Positions 9,750 to 19,910 of a DNA stretch of 64,000 nucleotides are shown piece after piece (the first letter of the stretch is position 1; each line of letters opens with the position of its first letter). The notes under the pieces were generated by a model. It made no database searches. It was given only the letters and a program-made list of their open reading frames with translations, and was not told the DNA's origin. The stretch is from a bacterium (GTDB taxonomy: Bacteria; Fidelibacterota; Fidelibacteria; Fidelibacterales; Fidelibacteraceae), in assembly GCA_963676395.1 (NCBI GenBank), contig OY781066.1, positions 544,001 through 608,000 of the forward strand. Direction: 5' to 3'. The position numbers and the translations under genes were made by a program.

Positions 9750-11027
9750 TTAGGCTTTAATATTTTTCAGTCTTTGTTCAAGATCTGCTTTGTATTTATT
9801 TAAATCAATTTTCTTCCGTGCAACACCACTTTTTACAGCAGCTTCTGCTACGGCGTAAGATTCCCGAACAAGCACACGAGGATCAAAAGGCTTGGGAATT
9901 ACATAATCTTTGCCAAATGTAAATTTAACACCATCATATGCTTTAGAGACTTCTTCAATACATTCTTCTTTAGCAAGATTAGCAAGGGCAAGAGTTGCTG
10001 CCACTTTCATTTCTTCATTAATCTCAGAAGCATAAACATCTAAAGCTCCTCTAAAGATAAAGGGAAACCCCAACACATTATTTACTTGATTAGGAAAATC
10101 TGATCGACCGGTCCCTGCTATTGCATCTGGTCTGACCTTTAAAATCTTGTCATAATCTATTTCGGGGACAGGATTGGCCATAGGGAATAGTATTGGTTTA
10201 TCTGCCATGCTCTTTACCATCTCATCGCTCACAAGACCTCCTACAGACAACCCGATAAAGATATCTGCATCGACCATCGCTTCAGCCAATGTTCTAGCCT
10301 CAGTATCAACCATAAACTGTTTTTTTATACTATCAAGTTCATCTTCACGATCTTTGTGCAAGACACCTTTACGATCACACATCAGGATATTCTCATGCTT
10401 TGCGCCCAACTGCACATAATGTTTTGCACAAGAAATAGCCGCAGCACCCGCACCGGATATTACTATCTTTACATCACTCAATTTTTTATTTTGTATTTCA
10501 CAAGCATTGATCAAGGCTGCAGCGGAAATGATAGCTGTCCCATGCTGATCATCGTGAAAAACCGGTATATCCATTTCTTCGATCAGTTTTTTCTCAATAT
10601 AAAAACACTCCGGTGCCTTAATATCTTCGAGATTGATACCACCAAATGTTGGTTCCATTGCTTTAACTATTTTGACCAATTCATCGGGATCCTTAGTATC
10701 CAACTCAATATCATAGACATCAATATCGGCAAAACGTTTAAAAAGAACTCCTTTGCCTTCCATCACAGGTTTCCCGGCGGCAGCACCAATATCACCAAGT
10801 CCAAGTACCGCTGTACCATTTGATATCACCGCTACAAGGTTTCCTTTATTGGTGTATTTATATATATCTTCGGGATGCTTTTGTATCTCCAAACAGGGCT
10901 CTGCAACACCCGGGGAGTAAGCTAAACTCAATTCTTCTTGAGTTTCGCAATTCTTCGTTGCCTTGACGGTTAGTTTCCCAGCAACCGGCTCAGCGTGATA
11001 TGCTAAGGCCTTTTCTTTTGTAATCAT
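9750..11027 (-). CDS. NAD(P)-dependent malic enzyme (MaeB N-terminal type, no PTA domain)
   Basis: [42 protein letters not shown] and [10 protein letters not shown] motifs. Start moved to ATG 11027 because a GGAGGG RBS precedes it. Confidence 0.93.
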   Translation of the reverse strand: MITKEKALAYHAEPVAGKLTVKATKNCETQEELSLAYSPGVAEPCLEIQKHPEDIYKYTNKGNLVAVISNGTAVLGLGDIGAAAGKPVMEGKGVLFKRFADIDVYDIELDTKDPDELVKIVKAMEPTFGGINLEDIKAPECFYIEKKLIEEMDIPVFHDDQHGTAIISAAALINACEIQNKKLSDVKIVISGAGAAAISCAKHYVQLGAKHENILMCDRKGVLHKDREDELDSIKKQFMVDTEARTLAEAMVDADIFIGLSVGGLVSDEMVKSMADKPILFPMANPVPEIDYDKILKVRPDAIAGTGRSDFPNQVNNVLGFPFIFRGALDVYASEINEEMKVAATLALANLAKEECIEEVSKAYDGVKFTFGKDYVIPKPFDPRVLVRESYAVAEAAVKSGVARKKIDLNKYKADLEQRLKNIKA

Positions 11028-11191
11028 AATCCCTCCGGATGAAAGTTTCAAAGCTCCACGCCGCTAAAATAACATAAACACAATTTGATTACAAGATAAG
11101 AATCGGTCAAGGATACTGGATCCATCGGACAAACTGAAAAAATTATAGAATCAAAAACCCGTAATCGAAATTCAATATTCGGAATTAATTT

Positions 11192-11243
11192 AAAGAACTA
11201 AACACCTTCCTTTGTAAATACTGCAGGATAATAGGTGTTCAGT
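11192..11243 (-). terminator. Probable intrinsic terminator of the GT2/YaiO operon
   Basis: Minus strand: ACTGAACACCT...AGGTGTTTAGT stem followed by TCTTT. Confidence 0.5.
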
Positions 11244-11284
11244 CACTACTTTTTACTTATTATATTAATTCTCAATTAAGGAAG

Positions 11285-12475
11285 CTACCAACGATACGTC
11301 AACCCCACATTTATCCCTGTCCTTGTGGTATTATACTCATCTTGAGTCCAAGCTAATGTTCCCTGAAGTAAATAGTTTTCATCAATAGCCCATGAGCCCG
11401 TTAAAGCAATGGATGTACTTGAGACCCAATCATTGTTAAAAACATTAAAATCAGTTCCAACAACACTCATAAATTGGACATAATTATCCAGCTCATTAAT
11501 AAAATACCTTACTGTAAACTGATTTTGCCAGCTGGTTTTACCACTGTAAATAATCGAAACCTTATCTCGAACATAAAATTGCCCCGGATAAACGGCAACG
11601 GCAACAGAGGGGATATGTGCAGAAGTTGAATCATAATACATTAAGCGATATCCTACGGCCGGTTCCCATTTTGTTCCGATCGCTTGGTATAACTCTGTCG
11701 TTAGATCAAGAACTGGCATAAAAGTTCCCAGCAGACCAAGTTGCAACCTTGCATTTGCATAAGATTTTTCCCAGGTATCAAAGAAAGCATCCAAAACAAT
11801 GGTATTATCTATGGTATCATTTCTACCATAACGACTGATCTCAGCAGATATTAAAGCATCTTGAAAATCATGCTGACCAAAAATTCTTATTTGGCTCCAA
11901 TCCGGGCGACCCGGGTTAACGGCAAGATATTCTAATGATCCACCTACAGCCCAGTCGGTCTCTCGTTTTGGCATATTGATCGTTTTTAATAATTCTTCTA
12001 TCTCATTTTGATTTGCTCCATATTTACCGGCTAACTCAAGATGGGATCTGGCGGTTACAAAATTATAATTTGAAATTGCGATCTTGGCTGCCAACATATA
12101 GGCATCGGGATTTTCTGGTTCACGTGACATCCAATCAATAAGCTTGATCTTCGCATTCTTATAATCTCCCGCCCAATAATAGGTTTTAGCCATAGAAGCA
12201 TAGGCATCGTTATAATCTGGAGTCAATGTCAACACATGCATAAAATCACCGATCGCGATCTCATAATATCCCATTTGTGCAAAAATATTTCCTCTGATCA
12301 GCAAGGCGTCAACATCATTGGGATTTTCATTTAATATCTGTTGAAATACTTGAAGTGCTTCATCTCTACTTCCTGAATAATACAAATTCCTACCCGCCTG
12401 AAAACGTGCTTCATATTCTGAAATAGCAAACAAACATGTAAAAGAGATCAATAATAACAGAATGATTTTTTTCAT
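11285..12475 (-). CDS. TPR + YaiO-family outer-membrane beta-barrel (putative polysaccharide export porin)
   Basis: Signal peptide; TPR repeats (NPNDVDAL, TPDYNDAY, EPENPDAY); alternating beta-strand C-terminal half ending in aromatic YRW. Confidence 0.8.
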   Translation of the reverse strand: MKKIILLLLISFTCLFAISEYEARFQAGRNLYYSGSRDEALQVFQQILNENPNDVDALLIRGNIFAQMGYYEIAIGDFMHVLTLTPDYNDAYASMAKTYYWAGDYKNAKIKLIDWMSREPENPDAYMLAAKIAISNYNFVTARSHLELAGKYGANQNEIEELLKTINMPKRETDWAVGGSLEYLAVNPGRPDWSQIRIFGQHDFQDALISAEISRYGRNDTIDNTIVLDAFFDTWEKSYANARLQLGLLGTFMPVLDLTTELYQAIGTKWEPAVGYRLMYYDSTSAHIPSVAVAVYPGQFYVRDKVSIIYSGKTSWQNQFTVRYFINELDNYVQFMSVVGTDFNVFNNDWVSSTSIALTGSWAIDENYLLQGTLAWTQDEYNTTRTGINVGLTYRW

Positions 12476-12476
12476 A

Positions 12477-13856
12477 TTAATACCAGTTTTGTTTTCGTCT
12501 CATGTATGACCAGGTTCCTTTAATTCGCCACCAACTTGTCAACTGACGATAACCCAGATTTTCTATCAATGCAATACCCATCAAACGTAAAAGATCCCTA
12601 AATTTGGGATAACGGTGAAAACTCAACTCTTCGAGCACAAGAGCAAACACCGACAAACACATACCCAAAATAATCGCCACAAGAAAAAATGCAAATATGT
12701 AAATGGATGACGCTCGTCCGATAATAACCACAAAAAAGAAAATTAAATATCCCAACATCTCAATAAGGGGGCCCAACATCTCATAAAAGAAATAAAAAGG
12801 CATAGCTATCATACCCACTTTCTTGTAACGTGGCCGAAGTAGCATCGAAATATGTGTCATAATGGAATCAATCAATCCTCGCTGCCAGCGATCTCTCTGG
12901 CGTCCAAGGGTTTTCATGGTTGTAGGACCTTCCGTCCATGCAACAGGATCGGGAATGAATCTAATTCTATACGGAATATCATTATCACCACAATACTTAT
13001 GCAAACGTACAACCAACTCCATATCCTCACCAATAGTCTTACTTTCGTATCCACCGGCAGCTACCACGATGGAATGTCGAAACACACCAAAAGCACCGGA
13101 AACAATCAATGAAGAATCAAGCATATCCCACCCCATACGGCCGGCATAAAATGCTCGCAAATATTCCATCACCTGAAAACGAGCCCAAATATTTCTTGGC
13201 AAACCTACTTTGGTAATATGACCATCCTCAAAAGTACAACCATTCGCCATGCGAATAATTCCACCTGAAACGATGGTACGTGTGTCTTCGACAAAAGGTA
13301 CAACCACACGAGCAATAGAATCTTCTTCAAGCATGGAATCATTATCAATAGCGCAAAATAAGGGTGTTTGACAATAGTTGATACCAACATTCAAGGCATC
13401 AGCTTTTTTACCATTTTCCTTATCGATCAACCAGAGATTTTTATTAATAGTGGAACGGTAAATTTCCTTTACCGGTTGTGTTTCCAAGAATGAAGTCTGA
13501 GGCAAGAAAGCCGGCACCATTTCAAAAGCCGTGATCATTTTCTCTAAGGTATCATCAGTAGAGCCATCATTGATAAAGATCGTACGCATATCGGGATACT
13601 GAATTTTCATCTGACTCTTAACCGAGGAAATGCAGTTTGCAGATTCGTTGAAAGCCGGTGTCAGCAGTGTTACCGGTGGAAGGCTCTTGTTAAGCAACCT
13701 ATCGTTTGGACTCACCACATTTAGGCGAAGCATATATTTTTTTAGACCCCTATATGCAAGAATACTCAATGTAAAGTACCAAATATTCAGCGTAACAAAA
13801 TAGAAGAACACGATCAGGTTAAACCAAAAAACTATTTGAGCAATGATTCTTTCCAT
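12477..13856 (-). CDS. Processive membrane glycosyltransferase family 2 (PgaC/IcaA/YaiP-like synthase)
   Basis: NDGSTD, KADALN, IDNDS (DxD), GED and QRDRW (QxxRW) motifs; N- and C-terminal TM helices. Confidence 0.92.
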   Translation of the reverse strand: MERIIAQIVFWFNLIVFFYFVTLNIWYFTLSILAYRGLKKYMLRLNVVSPNDRLLNKSLPPVTLLTPAFNESANCISSVKSQMKIQYPDMRTIFINDGSTDDTLEKMITAFEMVPAFLPQTSFLETQPVKEIYRSTINKNLWLIDKENGKKADALNVGINYCQTPLFCAIDNDSMLEEDSIARVVVPFVEDTRTIVSGGIIRMANGCTFEDGHITKVGLPRNIWARFQVMEYLRAFYAGRMGWDMLDSSLIVSGAFGVFRHSIVVAAGGYESKTIGEDMELVVRLHKYCGDNDIPYRIRFIPDPVAWTEGPTTMKTLGRQRDRWQRGLIDSIMTHISMLLRPRYKKVGMIAMPFYFFYEMLGPLIEMLGYLIFFFVVIIGRASSIYIFAFFLVAIILGMCLSVFALVLEELSFHRYPKFRDLLRLMGIALIENLGYRQLTSWWRIKGTWSYMRRKQNWY

Positions 13857-14926
13857 TAAAACACCATTCGTTTATACACAATACCCCATTTTAAATAATC
13901 AACCGCTTTTACGGAGATATGGGGCAAAAGATCTTTATCTCGTAATTTTCTGGCAGCTTTCACAGCTACCAAAACAGATTTATCATCAAAGAATCCTGCA
14001 ATATCTTTTTCTGTCAGATTCGGTGCAATGGCAATATATGCTTGTGCCGCAGCTGAACGCACCGACGGATCCGGGTGTTGCATGTACAACTTAACAATAT
14101 GCTGATGACTTTCATCACCCATTTCTTCGATAAAGCTCAAACAAGAAATAGAAACAAGAGGATGCATATTATTCTCAAGTAAATGTTTAGAGAGCTCCGC
14201 ACCTTTCGAATAGTGAAGTCTTCGCAAGGCTTCAATAGCAACCATCTGTCGGAATGGATCATCTGTTTGATATTCAATGATCATCACCAATAAGGGAATA
14301 ATCTCAGAGCCCATTTCTGCCATGATAGTACTCAAATATACCGGAGACACATAACGAAACTGAAAAAGAATTCTAAGCAATTGCTCTTTGATCTCATATT
14401 TATCCACCTTAGTCAACTCGCGGATCATGGTAAGTGACGATTCAATATCACTTTCGTTATACCGCACATAACGCATCTGTTCTTCGGGATGAAATAGAGA
14501 CAAAAGGTGAATACCGTACAAGCGGTCCTTGCGTCTTGGTGAATTGATCAGGCGATGTAGTCGCCCCAATGACATTCTTCCTAAAGCCGATAAACGATCT
14601 TTTTCAACACCCTTCACCATTGATATATATTTCTCTAAATAAAGTAAATAATCAATGGAATCACGATACGGCATTCTTCGAAATGCTTCTTTTGGAGAAA
14701 GCTTATTGTCCATAACCCCAAGAAATATTCTATTCCATTTTGAATGCTGTCGTTTTTCCCATCTTTCCTGACGGACATTTTTAATTCTTAAATATGATGT
14801 GATTAGAAAAAGTCCAAATGTCACAATAGAAAATATAACAATAAGCAAAACCAACAAAACCAAAATGATATATAGGTGATTTTGTCCTTCCAGTAATTGA
14901 ACCAGAAATGTCGAAGTCCTATCCAT
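13856..14926 (-). CDS. Membrane-anchored HEAT-repeat protein
   Basis: N-terminal TM; helical repeats such as HPDPSVRSAAAQA and DDKSVLVAVKAARKL; stop overlaps the GT2 start (TAATG). Confidence 0.75.
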   Translation of the reverse strand: MDRTSTFLVQLLEGQNHLYIILVLLVLLIVIFSIVTFGLFLITSYLRIKNVRQERWEKRQHSKWNRIFLGVMDNKLSPKEAFRRMPYRDSIDYLLYLEKYISMVKGVEKDRLSALGRMSLGRLHRLINSPRRKDRLYGIHLLSLFHPEEQMRYVRYNESDIESSLTMIRELTKVDKYEIKEQLLRILFQFRYVSPVYLSTIMAEMGSEIIPLLVMIIEYQTDDPFRQMVAIEALRRLHYSKGAELSKHLLENNMHPLVSISCLSFIEEMGDESHQHIVKLYMQHPDPSVRSAAAQAYIAIAPNLTEKDIAGFFDDKSVLVAVKAARKLRDKDLLPHISVKAVDYLKWGIVYKRMVF

Positions 14927-14938
14927 ATTATTTTTTGA

Positions 14939-16195
14939 TCAGTTAGCCAGTTTTTTAATTCTTGAAGACAGTTCAACCATTGAAAAAGGTTTCAATAAAT
15001 AGTCTTGTGCTCCTGCATTGAATGCATCAACGATTTCATTTTCATGACCAAAGCGGCTCATAATCATAACCGGTACATTTTCCAGCTGAGCAAAACTTTT
15101 GATCTCACGGACCATATTGATTCCACCACCTACAACCATGGTATCAACCAAAATCGCAGCAATATCATCAGTAGAAACTTGTGTAAATATTTCAGATATA
15201 TTAGAAAAACATGTTGGGATAAACCCATCTCGTGCAATTCTATGTTTAACCAAGGAACAAGAAACTTCATCGGGATCCGAAACAAGAATATGCTTTTTCG
15301 TCGATTTGATCGTTGTCATGAATTGAACGGGATTTTCATCTGGATTCGCTGCCAGTTGAACAAGCTTATTCGACATTAATGCAATCCGTTCTTGCAAAGA
15401 CACATCCGGTAATATTGGACTAAGTATTGCATGAAACCCGGGGGTATTCTCATTCTTGGTGATCAATTTCATATTCTCAATATATTTCAACCTCAGCTGC
15501 TCAAGTCCGGTTTGCACCAGATCCAAAGGTTTATCAAGAATGGCAAAAACAATAGAGCGATGGGTCCAAGAAACTGCCTGCAAATCATCACAGCACATCT
15601 TTCTAACAAGTCTAGCCGTTTCCCCAAGAAGCATATCACCGGTTTCTAAACCATGATCACGTATGATCATATCAATGCCATCAGGAGCGATCATACCAAG
15701 AATTCCTTCTTGATTGCCGGACTCAATAGCCTTTTGATCACGTTTATAATCTTCCTCAAATTTCTCTCGGGGACCAAAGCCTGTAATTGAATCCGTCCCA
15801 TCACCGGTAACAACACTCTGTGATCGACTTAGCTTATTTTCAATGGTTCTAAAAAATTCTTCTTTATCATACGGCATTTCAAAATACGAATCTGCCCCCT
15901 GAGAATAGAAATCTTCTTTCACCCACTGAGCCGGAAGTGATGAAACAACAATGATCGGTGATTCGTAGAGCTTTTTATTTTTATGAAGCTCTTCAACAAA
16001 AGTTCGACCATTTCCATCGGAAAAAAACGGATTAACGATTACGACATCATAATCATTATTATCGATAGCGGCTGTACTTTCAAGAATTGAATTTACAATG
16101 TGAATACTATCAAATAAGGTATGTATATCATGCTGAATTTCATCCGCATGTCCCTGATTCTGCTCTATGATAAGTAAACTCTTCTTCGTTTGCAT
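14939..16195 (-). CDS. Response regulator: atypical REC, degenerate GGDEF-like domain, REC
   Basis: N-terminal REC (LLIIEQN...VIVN...MPY); central DSITGF...HGLETGDMLL GGDEF-like helices without the GGDEF motif; C-terminal REC (ILVD...GAQDYLLKPF). Start probably ATG 16195 with GAGAAGG upstream; the track gives TTG 16231. Confidence 0.8.
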   Translation of the reverse strand: MQTKKSLLIIEQNQGHADEIQHDIHTLFDSIHIVNSILESTAAIDNNDYDVVIVNPFFSDGNGRTFVEELHKNKKLYESPIIVVSSLPAQWVKEDFYSQGADSYFEMPYDKEEFFRTIENKLSRSQSVVTGDGTDSITGFGPREKFEEDYKRDQKAIESGNQEGILGMIAPDGIDMIIRDHGLETGDMLLGETARLVRKMCCDDLQAVSWTHRSIVFAILDKPLDLVQTGLEQLRLKYIENMKLITKNENTPGFHAILSPILPDVSLQERIALMSNKLVQLAANPDENPVQFMTTIKSTKKHILVSDPDEVSCSLVKHRIARDGFIPTCFSNISEIFTQVSTDDIAAILVDTMVVGGGINMVREIKSFAQLENVPVMIMSRFGHENEIVDAFNAGAQDYLLKPFSMVELSSRIKKLAN

Positions 16196-16622
16196 AACCT
16201 TCTCATTTGATACATGTTGCCAATTATTCAAATATAGACACTTTTTTTAATATTATATAGGCATTTCTTAATTATTCCCAACATTTAATATATAGCTTTT
16301 ATCATTGTTTTAACTACTTTAAACGAGTAAATATTTTTACAAATATCCGAATCTCGAAGTAAGCAAATTTCATCAATAACATAGTCGATTCATCGAATAA
16401 TTATCCATTTCTTCACTCAAAAATCATATCATCATACCGAAAAATAATTATTGCGAAGATAATCTTCCAAACGATTTTAAGATTTTTTATAAAATCCATC
16501 AATCAATTCTTGCTAGTAAATTCATTTCATCTACTATCTGCAATAATGCAATCAAATAAATATTTTCGTAGGTGCTCACTGACTTTTATCACTAAATTCA
16601 TGTCGAATATTTAGGATAAATA

Positions 16623-18695
16623 ATGCGAAATTTAAACAACCATCCCGTGCTGGAAATCAAAGAGCATAAGCTAGTCCGATTTACCTTTAACGGGCAAAAA
16701 TATGTTGGTGCCGAAGGTGAAGCCGTATCTTCCGCTTTAATAGCCAATGACATTCATATCTTTTCTCACCACCATAAAAACGATACCGCTCAGGGTATTT
16801 TTTGCGCAAACGGTCAATGTTCTCACTGTACAGTTATAGTGGATGGTTTCCCTGTGAAATCTTGTATTACAGCGCTACGCGAAGGAATGGATATACGCCA
16901 ACTTAATGGATTACCATTACTTCCAATAGAAGATGAACCGCTGGGAGAACATAAGACAATTGAACATAAATGCGATGTTCTAATTATTGGTGGAGGTCCA
17001 TCCGGACTTACCTCTGCTCTGGAGCTTGCAAATTTAAATATACAGGTTATCTTGACTGACGACAAAAATCACCTTGGTGGGAAGCTGCTATTGCAAACTC
17101 ATAAGTTTTTTGGTTCAAAAACTGATTGTTATGCCGGAACTCGTGGCCATGAAATCGCCAAGATCCTTGAAGAAAAAGTGAGTTCACATAAAAACATTAA
17201 AATCATGACCGACACCATGGTTGCAGGCATTTATAAAGATAAAAAAGCCGGTCTATTTGTTGAAAACAAAGCCTACCATCTCGTAGATTTTAAGGGTTTG
17301 ATTGTATCAGCAGGAGCTCGAGAACGTTCCTTGGTTTTTCCGGGTAATCATTTACCGGGTGTTTATGGTGCAGGTGCTTTCCAAACTCTTGTTAATCGAG
17401 ATATGATTCGCTCTTCAGATGAGATCTTTATCGTCGGCAGTGGAAATGTTGGTTTAATTGCGGCCTACCATGCTCTGCAAGCCGGTATCAGGGTAAAAGG
17501 TATATGCGATATCCTTCCCGAGCCCGGAGGTTATAAAGTCCACGCCGATAAGATCAAGCGCATGGGTGTCCCTTTATACATGAATCATACTATTCTGCAT
17601 GCCGAAGGTAAAGAAAAAGTTGAGAGCGTGACCATTGCAGAAGTAAATGAAAATTGGCAGCCTATTCTTGAAACCAGTAAAAGCTTTAAAGTAGATACTT
17701 TATTGATCGCTGTAGGACTTGCTCCTATTGACGGGTTTTATAAAATGGCAAATCAATTTGATTTTCCTGTTGTAAAAGCCGGAGATGCCGATGAAATAGC
17801 GGAAGCATCCTCTGCCATGTTCGGTGGCCGAATTGCGGGCTTAACAATGGCTCAAAAGCTTGGCAAAGATATTAAAATCGACAGTAGTTTTTACGAAAAA
17901 GCCAATGTACTTAAATCCCACCCGGGTGATATTTATCCAAGACAAAAATTAACCCTTAACGAAAAATTCCAACCGGTGATCCATTGCGTACAAGAGATCC
18001 CTTGTAATCCCTGTGAGACGATTTGCCCAGTAAATGCGATCTCTTTGCATAAGCGCAAAGGCACTATCATGGATACACCCGAATATCATGGTGAATGCAT
18101 TGCTTGCATGAAATGTGTGAGTATTTGTCCCGGCCTGGCGATCTCATTAGCCAAAAAAATATCGGAGGATGAAGCTGAAATCGTTCTCCCTTATGAATTC
18201 CTTGTTGACTTTGAAATTGGCGCCAAACTTCCGCTTTGTGACCGTGATGGAAACTATCTCGAAAACGGCGAAGTAAAAAAAATACGCTTTGATAAAAAAA
18301 CACTTACGTCCTTGCTCACCCTAAGCTGCTCACTTCAAAACGCTCAAGAGGCCATCGGAATTCGCGTGCAGGCACAAGAACTTTCGGCTCCCGAAAAAAA
18401 TAGCACTATGAATTACTTTCCCGATGACGCTATTGTCTGCCGTTGCGAAATGGTCACAGTAAAAGAAGTCAAAGATTACATTCTCAGCCATGAAGTCCGT
18501 GATGTTAATCAGCTAAAAAACATTCGCGTTGGTATGGGTTCCTGTGGAGGAAATAATTGCTCTTTACTTTTACCCAAAATATTTAACAGCATGAATATAC
18601 CCTTTAAAGAAATACAAGCTCCTGTCCCTCGCCCTTTATCGGTTGAAATACCTTTGCACGCCCTGATCAATGAAGAAAATGGAAAACAGAAATGA
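16623..18695 (+). CDS. Multi-domain Fe-S flavoprotein (2Fe-2S, FAD/NAD(P), 2x4Fe-4S, BFD-like 2Fe-2S); sarcosine oxidase alpha / dye-linked proline dehydrogenase-like
   Basis: FCANGQCSHC; IIGGGPSG and VGSGNVG Rossmann motifs; CQEIPCNPCETICP-type and CIACMKCVSICP clusters; IVCRCE...GMGSCGGNNC. Confidence 0.85.
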   Translation: MRNLNNHPVLEIKEHKLVRFTFNGQKYVGAEGEAVSSALIANDIHIFSHHHKNDTAQGIFCANGQCSHCTVIVDGFPVKSCITALREGMDIRQLNGLPLLPIEDEPLGEHKTIEHKCDVLIIGGGPSGLTSALELANLNIQVILTDDKNHLGGKLLLQTHKFFGSKTDCYAGTRGHEIAKILEEKVSSHKNIKIMTDTMVAGIYKDKKAGLFVENKAYHLVDFKGLIVSAGARERSLVFPGNHLPGVYGAGAFQTLVNRDMIRSSDEIFIVGSGNVGLIAAYHALQAGIRVKGICDILPEPGGYKVHADKIKRMGVPLYMNHTILHAEGKEKVESVTIAEVNENWQPILETSKSFKVDTLLIAVGLAPIDGFYKMANQFDFPVVKAGDADEIAEASSAMFGGRIAGLTMAQKLGKDIKIDSSFYEKANVLKSHPGDIYPRQKLTLNEKFQPVIHCVQEIPCNPCETICPVNAISLHKRKGTIMDTPEYHGECIACMKCVSICPGLAISLAKKISEDEAEIVLPYEFLVDFEIGAKLPLCDRDGNYLENGEVKKIRFDKKTLTSLLTLSCSLQNAQEAIGIRVQAQELSAPEKNSTMNYFPDDAIVCRCEMVTVKEVKDYILSHEVRDVNQLKNIRVGMGSCGGNNCSLLLPKIFNSMNIPFKEIQAPVPRPLSVEIPLHALINEENGKQK

Positions 18696-19840
18696 ATAAA
18701 TATGATGTCCTTTTTATTGGTGCCGGTTCAGTCGGATTGCCCGCCGCTTACCATTTCGCAAAGCGCGGACTAAAGGTTGGAGTAATAGATAAAGAAGCTT
18801 CTCCGGGGCAAGGTCAAAACAAATCAGCTATCGGTGGTATTCGAGCAACACATTCGGATCCCGCAAAAATCGCTATTGCTCAGGAAAGCATTCGTTTGAT
18901 CGCAGGAATGCGCAAAGAACATGGACATGATGTACTGTGGAAACAAGGTGGTTATCTTTACCCGGTTTACACCGAAAGGCATGAAAACACCTTAAAAGAA
19001 TTGCTTAAAGTTCAACACAAACAAAATCTTAATATCGACTGGGTAGATTGCAAGTGTATCTCAGGGTTGGCCCCCGGAATAAACTGTAATAATTTGCGTG
19101 GTGGTACATTTTCACCCGGAGACGGCTCAGCTTCACCCATGTTGGTTGCAGATGCATACTATCAACTTGGACGCAAAGCCGGTGCGAAATATTTTTTTCG
19201 TGAATATGTCATGAAAATGAAAACACATTCAGGCAAAATCACTGAAGTAATTACAAACAAAAACAGTTATTCCGCAGATCTTATTGTTAATTGCGCGGGG
19301 GCATATGCTCGAGAAATAGGACGAATGAGTGAGCAGGATATCCCGGTTTATCCCGATTCACATGAAGCGGGAATAACACAACCCGTACAAGCCTTATTTG
19401 ATCCCATGATCGTAGATATTCGACCGGTTGCAGATTCAAAAAATTATTATTTCTACCAAAACAGTGAAGGTCAGGTCGTGTTTTGCATTACTCCCCTGCC
19501 CTTGCGTTCTGGAACCGATAGAGACAATACATCGGTTTTTCTGCCTCAAGTAGTTAAGCGAATGATAGAACTATATCCCAGACTGCGAAATTTACGCGTT
19601 CGCAGAACCTGGCGTGGACTTTACCCCATGACACCTGATGGCTTTCCTATTGTTGGCATGAGCAATATAATAGAAAACAATCTATTGGTCGTTGGAATGT
19701 GTGGCCAAGGTTTCATGCTGGGTCCGGGTTTAGGAAAAATATTAGCGGAATACTTTGTGGATGGAAATAAGGAACATAAATTTATCTTTAATGATCTGGA
19801 TCCATACAGAGAATTTAAAGCAGATGAAATTTTAAAATAA
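18692..19840 (+). CDS. FAD-dependent oxidoreductase, DAO family (sarcosine oxidase beta / proline dehydrogenase beta-like)
   Basis: IGAGSVG, RTWRGLYPMTPDGFPIVG and GMCGQGFMLGP motifs; ATGA overlap with the upstream gene. Confidence 0.88.
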   Translation: MNKYDVLFIGAGSVGLPAAYHFAKRGLKVGVIDKEASPGQGQNKSAIGGIRATHSDPAKIAIAQESIRLIAGMRKEHGHDVLWKQGGYLYPVYTERHENTLKELLKVQHKQNLNIDWVDCKCISGLAPGINCNNLRGGTFSPGDGSASPMLVADAYYQLGRKAGAKYFFREYVMKMKTHSGKITEVITNKNSYSADLIVNCAGAYAREIGRMSEQDIPVYPDSHEAGITQPVQALFDPMIVDIRPVADSKNYYFYQNSEGQVVFCITPLPLRSGTDRDNTSVFLPQVVKRMIELYPRLRNLRVRRTWRGLYPMTPDGFPIVGMSNIIENNLLVVGMCGQGFMLGPGLGKILAEYFVDGNKEHKFIFNDLDPYREFKADEILK

Positions 19841-19864
19841 TTGAGTTAAATCATTAATATTATT

Positions 19865-19905
19865 AATCAGAAGCCTTGGATTAAATCCAAGGCTTCTGAT
19901 TTTTG
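19865..19905. terminator. Bidirectional intrinsic terminator
   Basis: AATCAGAAGCCTTGGAT-TAA-ATCCAAGGCTTCTGATT perfect 17-bp stem with a T tail, between convergent genes. Confidence 0.88.
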
Positions 19906-19910
19906 ACCTG

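Noticed and set aside
12116..12131. parS-like TGGTTCACGTGACATC (and a weaker match near 9522)
   Set aside because: Four or more mismatches to TGTTTCACGTGAAACA, and inside CDSs; no convincing parS seen
16232..16622. c-di-GMP or glycine riboswitch in the divergent promoter region
   Set aside because: AT-rich, with no conserved aptamer motifs visible; an Rfam scan would be needed to exclude it formally
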